Below, piece by piece: positions 15,186 to 30,029 of a DNA stretch of 64,000 nt. This DNA is from Octopus vulgaris (lineage: Eukaryota). Made by a program: the position numbers and the translations under genes. The stretch covers positions 20,832,001 to 20,896,000 of the forward strand of contig OX597835.1 of assembly GCA_951406725.2 (NCBI GenBank). The letters are read 5' to 3'. Every line of letters starts with the position of its first letter. Positions within the stretch are counted from its first letter, which is position 1. Under the pieces are notes generated by a model, which saw nothing but the letters and a program-made list of their open reading frames with translations, made no database searches and was not told the DNA's origin.

Positions 15186-15561
15186 AACCTGGGAGAGACA
15201 AATATACACGAGGCGTCTGTATCGATGCCTCCGGAATATCTGTCTTAAAATTTTCAAGACTGACGTATTCGCGCCAAACTTATCAGCAGTAAATATAAAC
15301 TGCCGATTCAATCTCAGAATTATTCAGAAAATTATCAATTAGTCAATTTAGGGTAGCAAAAAAATTCAATAGAAATTTATCGCTACCAGCGGCCTAGTGG
15401 AAAAGAGAAAATAGTCAACGACTAAATATATAAATATAACAATTTAGGAGTGACCTTAACAGGCCATTCGTCCACCAGAAAGAGCAGCCATAACTCACAC
15501 CGCCAAGTAGTAGTAATTCAGAAATTAGGTGAAAATTTAAAAACATTTACCCTAATTCATC

Positions 15562-15659
15562 TTTTAGACGATGCATCGTTTCTGTGTCATTAATGATTAA
15601 ATTAGCTTAATTAAATTAAATTAAGCTAATCTACCATAGGTTACACTTCATCAGTAAAA
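15562..15659 (-). ncRNA. Type I hammerhead ribozyme, copy 2
   Basis: 474 bp from copy 1, identical. Confidence 0.75.
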
Positions 15660-16127
15660 AACCTGGGAGAAACCTATGGTAGATTAGCTTAATTTAATTT
15701 AATTAAGCTAATTTAATCATTAATGACACAGAAACGATGCATCGTCTAAAAGATGAATTAGGGTAAATGTTTTTAAATTTTCACCTAATTTCTGAATTAC
15801 TACTACTTGGCGGTGTGAGTTATGGCTGCTCTTTCTGGTGGACGAATGGCCTGTTAAGGTCACTCCTAAATTGTTATATTTATATATTTAGTCGTTGACT
15901 ATTTTCTCTTTTCCACTAGGCCGCTGGTAGCGATAAATTTCTATTGAATTTTTTTGCTACCCTAAATTGACTAATTGATAATTTTCTGAATAATTCTGAG
16001 ATTGAATCGGCAGTTTATATTTACTGCTGATAAGTTTGGCGCGAATACGTCAGTCTTGAAAATTTTAAGACAGATATTCCGGAGGCATCGATACAGACGC
16101 CTCGTGTATATTTGTCTCTCCCAGGTT

Positions 16128-16225
16128 TTTTACTGATGAAGTGTAACCTATGGTAGATTAGCTTAATTTAATTTAATTAAGCTAATTTAATCATTAATGA
16201 CACAGAAACGATGCATCGTCTAAAA
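16128..16225 (+). ncRNA. Type I hammerhead ribozyme, copy 3
   Basis: TTTTA-CTGATGA-A-GTGT...ACAC-A-GAAA-CGATGCATCG-TC-TAAAA; stem I TTTTA/TAAAA; GUC triplet ending at 16220. Confidence 0.75.
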
Positions 16226-16347
16226 GATGAATTAGGGTAAATGTTTTTAAATTTTCACCTAATTTCTGAATTACTACTACTTGGCGGTGTGAGTTATGGC
16301 TGCTCTTTCTGGTGGACGAATGGCCTGTTAAGGTCACTCCTAAATTG

Positions 16348-16428
<81 letters not shown>

Positions 16429-16430
16429 AG

Positions 16431-16462
<32 letters not shown>

Positions 16463-16633
16463 ACTTCGAAGCTGCACTTCAACCAGAATTGCGAAAAGTG
16501 CTACTCGCACCATGAAGTAAATTGTAAAAAAAAAAATTTCTCTCTCTTCAACTTTTCTTTCTAGCATTGATAAGCAAAAGCTTGTCGAAACCGGCTTCGT
16601 ATTTGAATAAATCAATTACAAAATTTGAAAAGG

Positions 16634-17330
16634 ACTACGCATGCCCCTACATCAACAATATTACCACCATAACGGTGCTCAAGAAGCAATATTGCATAGC
16701 ACACCACTTCTGCTGCACTTCCGCGAATCTCGTATATAGCATCATAAACAAAATCCGCAGCGCTCTTTACACAAGAGAAACTGGGCGAACACATCAGAAG
16801 CATTACGCTACGTATGCCAGACCAACCTGTCACAACCCACTTCAATATTGTGAATCAGACTATTGCAGATTTATCCGTGTGTGATATGGCCTTACACCAC
16901 GGATACCCCTTCTCTAGGAAACGAAAGGAGCAACGCCTCACATTTCATCTTGGCATTATGGCCTCAACATGTATGGATGAACGTTTTTCCTTTCATCCTT
17001 TCACCTCCTTAATTCTTTTTTACCCTTTTAAATCCTACTTCAACCCTCTCTCTGCAACATTCCCGTATTTACTTACCTCTACCTTCTCCATCACCCTTTT
17101 CCTTCTCCTTTCTGTACGCCCTTTCCGATAACTTCTGTTTCAGGTTAGCGGCCCGTGGTATTCTGCGTCCATTATCAGTTGCAGCCAGTGTTTACGCTGA
17201 GAGGAGGTAAACGGTTTGATTTTTTCTCTTTCCTTCTCTTTTTCTCTGTCCCCTGACGAAGGATTGAATCCGAAACGTTGGATATTCCACTCCTCACGGC
17301 AAGTTCACTGTACTCCTTTCATTTTCTATA
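16634..17330 (+). mobile_element. Penelope-like element 3' remnant: decayed GIY-YIG endonuclease plus terminal repeat
   Basis: CPYI...HFCCTSANLVYSI...LYTRETGR, then QPVTTHFN...DLSVC...RKRKEQRLTFHLG...MDERFSF; pyrimidine tract; HHR; ends at a TA-rich repeat. Confidence 0.85.
17247..17284 (+). ncRNA. Minimal type I hammerhead ribozyme of Penelope-like element
   Basis: CTGACGA-A-GGA-TTGAA-TCC-GAAA-CG-TT-GGATA; canonical core at 17253-17259. Confidence 0.75.
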
Positions 17331-17879
17331 TGTATGTATGTATGTATGTAGATAGCTAGATAGATATATAGATAGATAGATAGATAGATAGATATTGGGA
17401 GAGGTAGAGAGGGAGGGAAAGATACATGGCTGATATGTATGTATCTGTAATAGAATAAATGCAAGCTTATAGCTGCACAACATGATATATATACGCAATA
17501 TATTATGTAAGATATATTAAATGTGAATATCTATACATATAATGTCCTAGTATGCGTGTATGTGCAGTATATACGAATGTATGTCTACGTGTGTGTGTAT
17601 GTGTGTGTTTGTTTGTGTGTGTGTGTCGTAGACAAGAGTGTGTGTATGTCAGTGCAGACTTATATATACTTATATTTTTCTTAGTTTATTCATAAGTGCC
17701 ATTTGCATGCATTTGATATGGACATGTACACCTTCTTACATGAACACAAAAATTCAAGATACATAAATGAAAGGTATTCACGCATACATATATTATCAGA
17801 TAGACACTTAGATAAATATACAAAGTGCCATAATATTGATAAACGCAAATACATACATACATATATATATATCTATCTA

Positions 17880-17917
<38 letters not shown>

Positions 17918-17952
17918 TGTGTGTGTGTGTGAATGAATACATACACAGAGTT

Positions 17953-17986
<34 letters not shown>

Positions 17987-18157
17987 TGATAGAGATTGAT
18001 AGATAGATAGACAGGTTGTCAGACAGTGAGGTAGACAGAAATATATATCACCTTTCCTGTCTCTCTCCCAGTGCTCTGCTCACATTCTCTTTTCACACGC
18101 ACACACACGCACACATACATATATCACAGTTTACAAATATATACTTATGTGTGAACG

Positions 18158-20140
<1,983 letters not shown>

Positions 20141-20507
20141 TTAATATGTTTCTGCGAACGTCTATGAAATCGTGTTACACACACAAAAAGACATTCAGTT
20201 ACATATATAATACACAGAAATATGTGTATATATCAACGCGCCTCCGAATATACACATGTTAGTAGTGATACGTGCGTGTGCATACGTGGATGCAGAGTGT
20301 TATATTTATGCATATATATCGCATGATTTAAATGATTTATGCACGAACGCCTGATAAGCTAAAATTCTGAATTGACTCTACTTTAAAGAGGGCGGGCATT
20401 AGAAAAGCAATGCATATATGCATAATATTATGTATGTGTATCGTGTGAAGATGTCTCAAGTGTATGTCTCCGCATGCATGTGTATTAATAAAAACATGTA
20501 TGTGTAG

Positions 20508-20549
<42 letters not shown>

Positions 20550-20744
20550 ATGTATATATACATGCATATATATATTACAGAAGTATAAGAAGAATAGTTT
20601 TTAGTGCAGATCTTTGGTAAATATACAAGTTCAGAGCGATAACAAGACAATGCTTGTACCAGGACAAATGAAAATGTCATATGGAAATAAATGCAATACT
20701 ATCAAAATATACATATATGTGTGTGTATGTATGTATGTATATAT

Positions 20745-20759
20745 CAGATAGATAGATAT

Positions 20760-20848
<89 letters not shown>

Positions 20849-21033
20849 AGGTCGGATGGATGGATGAATTGATAGATCGATAGATAGATCGATAGATAGA
20901 TCGTTAGATAGATAGATAGATAGATAGATAGGTAGGTAGGTAGATAAATAGATAGATAGATACATACATACATACATACATAGACAGACAGACAGACAGA
21001 CAGGCAGACAGACAGGAGTCGGATGGATGGTTG

Positions 21034-21079
<46 letters not shown>

Positions 21080-21105
21080 CAGATAGATAGATCGATAGAT
21101 AGATC

Positions 21106-21141
<36 letters not shown>

Positions 21142-21165
21142 TATATCACACACTCTCTCTCTCTC

Positions 21166-21230
<65 letters not shown>
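20745..21230. repeat. (GATA)n compound tetranucleotide followed by (CT)n
   Basis: Directly visible. Confidence 0.95.
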
Positions 21231-21490
21231 GCTTCTCTGGAAAAACATAACAACGATTGTTTCTCTTATCAGCCTGCAGCGCCTTCGTCCAGTTTCTGTG
21301 ACTAAAGAGGCGATAAAATCTCCGTAAGCCTTGATAGGCGGCACTGTGAGTCGATTTGGTTGTATTCACACCATATGTCAAGACCGAGAAATTTTCTTCG
21401 TGACAAAACACAGTGAATGGCTTGCTTACAAATGCGAACGTGGTTTTAGCATATTGGAACTGGTAATAAAATTGCATATACATATGTATA

Positions 21491-21554
<64 letters not shown>

Positions 21555-21559
<5 letters not shown>

Positions 21560-21862
21560 GTAAAGTATAGAAGCCATCTTAATATGGCTAACCACATAGG
21601 GTAGGGGGTGTTACTGTAGATCTATAGCCCCAGGAGATCGTCGTCTCCAGCTGGCTTTAGACACCATTTCAGTGCCCTTGAAGTATTTGCAAAGGGAGGC
21701 CATCCCTTTCTCGCAAGCCTAAGTGATACGCTCGGACTAGGGCACTGAATTGGTGTCTGAAGCCAGCTGGAGACGACGATCTCCTGGGGCTATAGAGCTA
21801 CAGTAACACCCCCTCCCCTGTGTGGTTAGCCATATTAAGATGGCTTCTATACATTACATTAT
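21555..21862. repeat. Fold-back element with ~124-bp inverted arms, next to (TA)n
   Basis: 21555-21678 vs 21739-21862, few mismatches, ~60-bp spacer. Confidence 0.9.
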
Positions 21863-21910
21863 CGAGCGATTAGTGTTTACATCTCATTCTGAGATTTAAT
21901 AATGCTATAT

Positions 21911-21967
<57 letters not shown>

Positions 21968-21999
21968 TGTGTGTGTGTGTGTGTAATTGATAATAGCAT

Positions 22000-22330
22000 A
22001 CGATGGACAATTGTTCGCTCATTCCAGCTGTTTCTATGAAGCTGAATGCGTCTTGGTCAGAGAACAAATTAAAGAAACATTGATGAGGGCACTCTTCATC
22101 AACCAGTGGTAGCTAACCCTGAAAAGGGCTGTTAGATTAGAATCCATAAGGTTTTCTAAGAGAATAGTGAAAGAGAATTTTGGAGTATAGGATGAACTAG
22201 TTACTAAAAGAGTCACATAGTATAATCATTCTGACTGATCTGCTGATTGTGAGATCGGATCTTAAGCAATACTTAAAACATACAGTACTAAAGTTGCGAT
22301 GTGAGAGGAAGGGCACGTGCCTAAGTCACG
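22000..22330 (-). pseudogene. Possible decayed LINE APE domain
   Basis: Minus fragments LRSDLTISR, YTPK...LLENLMDSNLTAL, DAFSFIETAGMSEQL in the expected order; weak similarity. Confidence 0.3.
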
Positions 22331-22899
22331 AGGAGGAGAGCTGTTTAATGAGCTCTGGTAGGAGAGTTACAATGCGGCAACAAATTTGCATTTTGGTTTT
22401 TGATAGAGTTAGAGGAATACTACTCGATTCTAAGAAGTGTGCGGCTTTTCAATGACACTTCGATCATCTGTTTAGCACGGGTGTTTAATCATAGGTGTTG
22501 TGGACTTTACAGTCTAACCGAATGGATTGCCGTAGTTCCCATATTGAGGGGTGGGATTCTATGGAAATCGGTAATAGCTGACAAAATAGGTGAAGAGATG
22601 ACTAATTTTACAAGTGATAGCACCTGCCCTAGACATCAGGACGGGCGTTCTGTTTTGGAATTTCCATTAGCAGCCCTTTGAGGTCTCCCTCTTTTGTAGA
22701 AATTTCTTGCTTGAATTTTTGCTTTACTGTTCGTTTGGTTTTTTTTTGGGGGGGGATTTTCTTTTTACTTTACTGCTTACACACATTCATATAACACCAC
22801 ACCATATCATATCATATGTTCTATTGTCCTGAACCGTTCGTGCCTTGCGCCAAAATTTGAAAACATTGTTATTATTATTATCATTATTATTATCATTAT

Positions 22900-23444
22900 T
22901 GAGTGAGAGAGCAGTGCATGCCATCAAAGTAATACTGGGGTAAAATATACGAAGCCCAATATACCCATCATGACTATCCGCTTCATAAGGGTACACTAGG
23001 CACATGCATCACAACCATATGTGCGCGACATGGTGATATCATATCAAGATATACAGTACATGACCTTGCAGGTGGGGCCCAGTTAGAATTTTCTTCTGGT
23101 CGAGTAACCTATTCCACTCAAAAGGCCTCTCAATAAGGGTTGTTTAGGGATGTTGAACGAACCATCCGTTTCCAAAGGTGAATTATCAAAACCTCTAAGA
23201 ATTCCTTTCAACACATGGCTCCCCCACTACTTCTGATCGTGATCAGAGATGCACATATCGTCGGCCACCAAGGAACATGCTCAACTGGTTATGGTCAAAC
23301 AACTGACAAGCAAATCTGTGGTATTGAGCAGAATATTTGCTGTAGCCCATCTTTTATACCAAGACAAAATAATGTACACGATAACACTTCCAATCAGTTA
23401 AGATCAGAAGTCACAAGAGCCACTGCCTGGTGCTGCATCAGGGC

Positions 23445-23447
<3 letters not shown>
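22900..23447 (-). mobile_element. ~550-bp interspersed element embedded in (AAT)n
   Basis: (ATT)n on both sides; one end homologous to 53040-53180. Confidence 0.7.
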
Positions 23448-23531
<84 letters not shown>

Positions 23532-23532
23532 G

Positions 23533-23740
23533 AGGCGGTAAGCTGGCAAAATCATTAGCAAACAGGGCAGAATTCTTAACGATATTTCTTCACCCGTTTT
23601 TGCGTTCTAGGCTCAAATTCGCCGAGTTCGATTTTGCCTTTGACCATTTTGGTTTCGACAAATTAAGTACCAGTGAAACACTGGAGTCTATATGATCAAA
23701 TAATTCCACCCCGCAAATTTCAGGCCTTGTGCCGAAATTT
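23533..23740 (+). mobile_element. Diverged SINE B-related copy
   Basis: ggcggtaagctggca head; ttttgcctttgacc...aagtaccag core. Confidence 0.65.
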
Positions 23741-23798
23741 GTTTCAAAGTTGAAATATTTCGTGTTGTATGTTACATGTACTTCACTCTGTCTCTCAG

Positions 23799-23921
<123 letters not shown>

Positions 23922-24309
23922 ATATATATATATATGACGGCGTGTTGTATATTGAAATAATGCATCACCTTTGAATCTTTACTGTGTAGGAAAAATAATT
24001 TTCATATAGATGCTTTCTGTCTAAATATATTTAACCCCAGCGTCGAGAGATCAGGTGCTTAAACGTATTCAAACACCAAAACCTACGCAAAATAAATACA
24101 CAGTCATCTTCGAAATTAGATGCCTATTCTATAAACCAAATAGATTTCAATCAAAATATATTTATGAATGAATATATTATAAATGCAAAGAGGAATTAGA
24201 TATGCATATATAGTAAGAAATATAGCAAGAAGTTACTGGAATTTGTAAATGTATGTTATCAAAACAACATTATCCTCAGTGTGTTCCACTATTAAAGAGT
24301 ATATCTTTT

Positions 24310-24450
24310 ACATGTTTCAGTCATTAGACTGAGGTCATGCTGCAGCACTGCCTTCAAATGTTATTTGTCGAACGAACCGACCCCAGTTCGTTTTTCTTTT
24401 AAGTATTGTACTTATTTTATCGGTTCTTTGGCAAAACCGCTAAGTTACAG
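24310..24450 (-). mobile_element. Diverged SINE A 3' fragment
   Basis: tgtttcagtcattagactgaggtcatgctg tail and aaccgctaagt motif. Confidence 0.6.
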
Positions 24451-24485
24451 TTTTGTTTTTAACGGGAACTTTTTTTAACACTCTC

Positions 24486-24566
<81 letters not shown>

Positions 24567-24570
<4 letters not shown>

Positions 24571-24780
24571 GACTGCTTCGGCCAGATCGTGTTCTGCCCT
24601 TACCTTCGAAACACGCATTGAGTCGAAACAGGGTCAGCCGAAGAAGGGGAATATTCTTTGTATTGTTTGTCTTGTACTCTGGTTTTTTCGTTGTTAAAAC
24701 AAGTCCGTTTCTTGTTTGATCATATGTTTTCGTTTCTCGTTGTGTTCTACGTTTATTTGTGGTGTCCTGTACTCATATAT
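24567..24780 (+). mobile_element. TA-flanked insert, probable Penelope-type terminal fragment
   Basis: Between TA-rich tracts; partial HHR-like gagtcgaaacagggtc; T-rich body resembles 49280-49420. Confidence 0.4.
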
Positions 24781-25344
24781 GCATGTATATATACATATAG
24801 ATGTAGGTATGTACATATATGTACGTATGCATGCATATGTTTTATTTATTATATATATATATAAAGGAAATGAAGAAAATGCTGACAAAATAATTTAAGT
24901 AAGGGAGAGTGTATTTAATTAGGTGAAAGTTCTTTTTACCGGTTGCGCATTTGTTATGCTTATCAAAAGATATTTTTTTAAGAGAGATAGAGTTCCTTTC
25001 TGATAGATTTTTTTCTCAAGCTTCGGTGAAAGATTTTAATTCGAATTTATAGAACAAAACATTTGTACTCAGAGCCAGAACCAGTTTCAGTCAGGTTGGT
25101 AATGAAAGGGTTAAAACTGTGTTATCTTAGCTTAGTTGCTCGTGTGTACTGCAAGGAGGGATCTATACTTATTCTTTGCATGACTTTTTGCCTCACCCTG
25201 TATATTCATATCTGTGGATTACAACTAATCCCAATTAATCAAGGATTACATATATATACATATATATACATGTATATATATATATATGAGTGCATGTGTG
25301 TGTGTGTGTGTCTCTCTCTCTCACTGTATATATATATATACGAC

Positions 25345-25505
25345 TAGCTTCTCTCAGCTTCTGTCTACCACATCCACTCACAAGCCTTTGGTCCGCCCTA
25401 TGCTATACCAGAAGGCACTTACCCAAATGTGACTGGGTTTGGGGTTGAACAAAGAACCATGATTGCAAAGCAGGTTTCTTACCACACAGCCTCTCTTGCG
25501 CCTAT
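25345..25505 (-). mobile_element. Diverged SINE A 5' half
   Basis: tctaccacatccactcacaagcctttggtc...cttaccacacagcc. Confidence 0.7.
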
Positions 25506-25575
25506 GCATAGAGTTTTCTTTATTAGTTCCTGTTTCAACGTCAACTTGAAAACACACCATACAAAATGTTGGTTC

Positions 25576-25990
25576 GGCGGCAAGGTGGCTGAAACTTTAG
25601 CACGCCGGGCGAAATGCGTAGCCGTATTTCGTCTGTCGTTACGTTGTGAGTTCAAATTCCGCCGATATCGACTTTGCCTTTCATCCTTTCTGGGTCGATA
25701 AGTTAAGAACCAGTTAGACACTGGGGTCGATGTAATCGACTTAACACCTATGTCTGTCCTTGTTTGTCCCCTTTATGTTTAGCCCCTTGTGGGTAATAAA
25801 GAAATAGGCATTTCGTCTGCCATTACGTTCTGAGTTCAAATTCCGCCGAGGTCGACTTTGCCTTTCATCCTGTCGGAGTCGAGAAATTAAGTACCAGTTA
25901 CGTACTGGGTCGATATAATCGACTTAATCCGTGCGTCTGTCCTTGTTTGTCCTCTCTGTGCTTAGCCCCTTGTGGGTAGTAAAGAAATAG
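25576..25990 (+). mobile_element. SINE family B with two 184-bp body units
   Basis: Unit starts at 25624 and 25808. Confidence 0.9.
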
Positions 25991-26176
25991 ATAAAAGTAC
26001 GAGTGTTTTCTGCACCGCGAACTCGTATGAGAGGTCCTCTCGAAGTAAATGACGCAGTATTCTCTGTTCTAACATACTCTAGTATTTGGAGATAACGATT
26101 GCCTTATCTTGTATATATCTGAGTGTGTCTGTGCGTGTAACTGTCGCAAATATTAGAGAGATACTTGGGCGCACAA

Positions 26177-26249
<73 letters not shown>

Positions 26250-26346
26250 TATACATGCATACATATATATACATTTCCATAAATCTACAATCACACACAA
26301 ACACACACACACATATATATATATATATATGCATATATGCATACAC

Positions 26347-26411
<65 letters not shown>

Positions 26412-27015
26412 GGTATATGAAGCAAGGTTTTCGGGTGCATTCGTAGGTACGCCCTCGAGACATACATTTACTGGAAATTCCTCTCTATATCAGCACACAC
26501 AAGCGTATGTCTGAAAATTATGTGAATGTGTGTATCTCTCCGTCAGTTTTTTGTAAAATCGCATAAACGACATTCATACATGTTGATAAGGTTTAAGTGA
26601 GTGCGGCAGGTCGTTAAGTACACGATAACGTGAATGAATCATCATTATTAGAGATAGTAGGCCAACGAAACCACACTGTGTGAAGCTCAGGTGCAATTAT
26701 TTAGACTAATGGTTGGAGTAAAGAATTACTAAAATAAATATGGAAATAAGTAAAGAAGTAAACGACTGCTATTCTGTGCATGATTTCTTGTTGGGTAAAA
26801 ACGAAAATGAATATCATAAAATAATCCAGAAATGTGTAGGGAATAAAAACAATATGAAAGATTCATGTATTAATGTCATTAAACTGCAGAGAAAATAATT
26901 ACGGATTACGGAGACGTGGTAAAAACTGTTATGGAAACCAAGAACAAATGTATATATAAACAACACATACACTCGCATACACACACAAACAGAAATATAT
27001 AGAGAGGTAGTTAGT

Positions 27016-27127
<112 letters not shown>

Positions 27128-27303
27128 GCATACAATGTTTGTGTGTGTCTGTCTGAGAGTGTCTTTCTGTGTCTGAATAGAGGAGTGTGTTTGTGTATGT
27201 TTAAATGCAGACACAGTGACACAAACACACACCCACACATACATGTGTATGTATATATATGTGTGTGTGTGTGTACGTATATATATATATATATATATAC
27301 ATA

Positions 27304-27340
<37 letters not shown>

Positions 27341-28113
27341 TATATACATAAGCATACATATATATATATATATACATATGCATACATACGAACATATATA
27401 TATGCACATATATCGACGCTACGAATGTATCTATGAGTGTATGTACGTACATATATTCATATATATATATATATATATATATATCTTATATATCTGTGTG
27501 TGTATCTGTGTGTGTGTGTGTGTGTGGAAGCTCAGTATTAATTAATGGTTAGTTTATCGATGATGTATATATTTTTTCCCCCCTTCAAATGCGATTTGAT
27601 GTTACTTATAGTAATATTTCGCCATTTTGTTTCTCAGCATGTTTAGCAATCAAGAAGATTGCTAGTGATGATGTAATAACTAACAGCTGCAGATAACGGC
27701 ATTTCTGTTACTTCTTGTTTTTATCCTTCCATTTTGTTTTTTCAATATTACTCTGCAGATTGCTGTTATATTTATAAAGATTTTGTTTAATTTTTTTATA
27801 GAGGTTTCAAGATGTGCTTTGTATATATTTAAATTGTGGTTCGTTTTACATTTTGGATGTGTTTCTTTACATATGCTTTATTACCTGTGTTATTATATCA
27901 GACAATTCTGTGTTTTTTTTTTTTTATCAATTAACGATGTTAGTGATGATGATGATACAGTGAAATGCATATAATTCCGGTGTATATTGTTATTTTCATA
28001 AGTATCATAATAGTATAGGTTGTTCGGGTGTTGCTATGTTGTATATCTATCTATGTATCAATCTTGCTACCTATTTATACATGCATACATACACCTTCCG
28101 TCTTTCATTTGCC

Positions 28114-28186
<73 letters not shown>

Positions 28187-29372
28187 TGTATATGTACCTA
28201 TATACATGTATGCATGCATATATATATATATATGTGTGGGGGGGTATATATATATGTATATGTATATGTACATATATACATGTATGTATGTATATATATA
28301 TATATATATAATATATGTACCTTTATGTGTATTTATGTATTCATAAACATTTATAATCATATTTGGGGTGGGGTCTGTTATGTATGTCTGAGTATATACA
28401 TTAATTATGGAAATATGTAATATAATGTACAAATTTTTTAAACATACATTTTTAAGTATCATTCAATAATTATTAGCAGTGTATTATGCTTTAAAGATGT
28501 TACGTGAAATGTTACGTGAATTTAAACTTTTCTCGTCGTGGACGTGAGGAAACACTTGGAAATCGAGATTTCAGTCTTAACATATAAAACGTTGATGAAA
28601 ACGGATTGTCTCCTCTGAACCAGAGGAGAAAACGACCCTTATAGTGTGTGTGTGTGAAGTGTGTGTGTGTGTGTGCGTGTGCATGGTAAAATTGCTTATA
28701 TATTTGTCTATACATATATTCGGGTAGACAACCCTAAGCACCAGTAAGATAACATTTTTGTTAGTACACTTAAAATGTTATGCTTCTACAAATACCCAAG
28801 TTTATTGCCGCAAGCCTATGCTAAGCAATCTTTTAATCAGTAAATAAGTGTTAGTTGTATAGGAAAATCTATTTCCCTTGGTGGTAGTTAAACATAAAAA
28901 AAAATATCAGTTATCTAACAGATCCATGGAAACATCATCTAAGCGGCTATAGTTTTAGTTTCGTGACAGCTTCACTAACACCTCTTTTACATGAAATCCT
29001 CTCAGAACGTAAATATAATTTTATCCTTCAAACCTGTTGCATTGTAAAAGAATAATGGCATTGTAATACCAATACTCGTCGTTCGTGTACCTTTAACAGC
29101 AAAATTATTTCTAAAATTTCATTTATATGCAATAAAGCGAACATAGATGTTTACTACGTTCCCGGACGAAATGTCCAACTTTAAACGCAAATTGTTAACC
29201 TTTATCAAAATAGGTACTGGAGGAGGAGAAAAATGACATATGCCACCAAGGAGAATTACCAGCTCATTCGGATAATCTCTGTAATCTAAAAGGGTAGGAT
29301 TATGAAATTTCCTGTTCCCATGACAAAAGTACGTAGAATGGCCAAGCAAAGAATATTATATGAAATATCTAT

Positions 29373-29524
29373 GCGCAGGAGTGGCTGTGTGGTAAGTAGC
29401 TTGCTAACCAACCACATGGTTCCGTGGCATCTTGGGCAAGTGTCCTCTGCTATAGCCCCGGGCCGACCAATGCCTTGTGAGTGGATTTGGTAGACGCAAA
29501 CTGAAAGAAGCCTGTCGTATATAA

Positions 29525-29582
<58 letters not shown>

Positions 29583-29796
29583 TTGTGTGTCTGTGTTTGT
29601 TCCCCTAGCATTGCTTGATAACCGATGCTGGTGTGTTTACGTCCCCGTCACTTAGCGGTTCGGCAAAAAGAGACCGATAAAATAAGTACTGGGCTTACAA
29701 AAAGAATAAGTCCCAGGGTCGAGTTGCTCGACTAAAGGCGGTGCTCCAGCATGGCCGCAGTCAAATGACTGAAACAAGTAAATGAGTAAATGAGTA
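29373..29796 (+). mobile_element. SINE family A
   Basis: Head gcgcaggagtggctgtgtggtaag; CORE-like cttgggcaagt; internal (TA)n; LINE-like tail. Confidence 0.9.
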
Positions 29797-30029
29797 TCTA
29801 AGCATGTATGTATCTACCTATCTATCTATCTATCTACCTACCTACCTACCCACATACTTATCTATTTGTCTATCTATCTTACTAAAAATCTATCTATCTA
29901 TCTATCGATATACAAATTTATCTACTCCGCTCATTATTACTAGAAGAGATATGGGGTTGAATCATCAGGTACCTTCTGCTCAGGTTCCTATCAGACACAA
30001 ACAGCACGAAATTTGTCGGCTGGATTTCT

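Larger units (their letters stand above)
14866..16352. mobile_element. Tandem plus inverted array of a 474-bp hammerhead-bearing unit (retrozyme/Penelope-like) inserted in (TA)n
   Basis: Left arm 14866-15670 (about 1.7 units, minus sense), right arm 15671-16352 (about 1.4 units, plus sense); copies identical except one poly-A length; (TA)n on both flanks. Confidence 0.85.

Noticed and set aside
15671-15751. Fourth hammerhead in the array
   Set aside because: Inversion junction removed CUGAUGA and the 5' strand of stem I; incomplete on its own.
21755-21785. ctgaagccagctggagacgac as a hammerhead
   Set aside because: Both core halves deviate (CUGAAGC, GAGA) and no convincing stem I or III.
24600-24640. 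gagtcgaaacagggtcagcc as a hammerhead
   Set aside because: Only the 3' half is present; no CUGANGA-like 5' core upstream.
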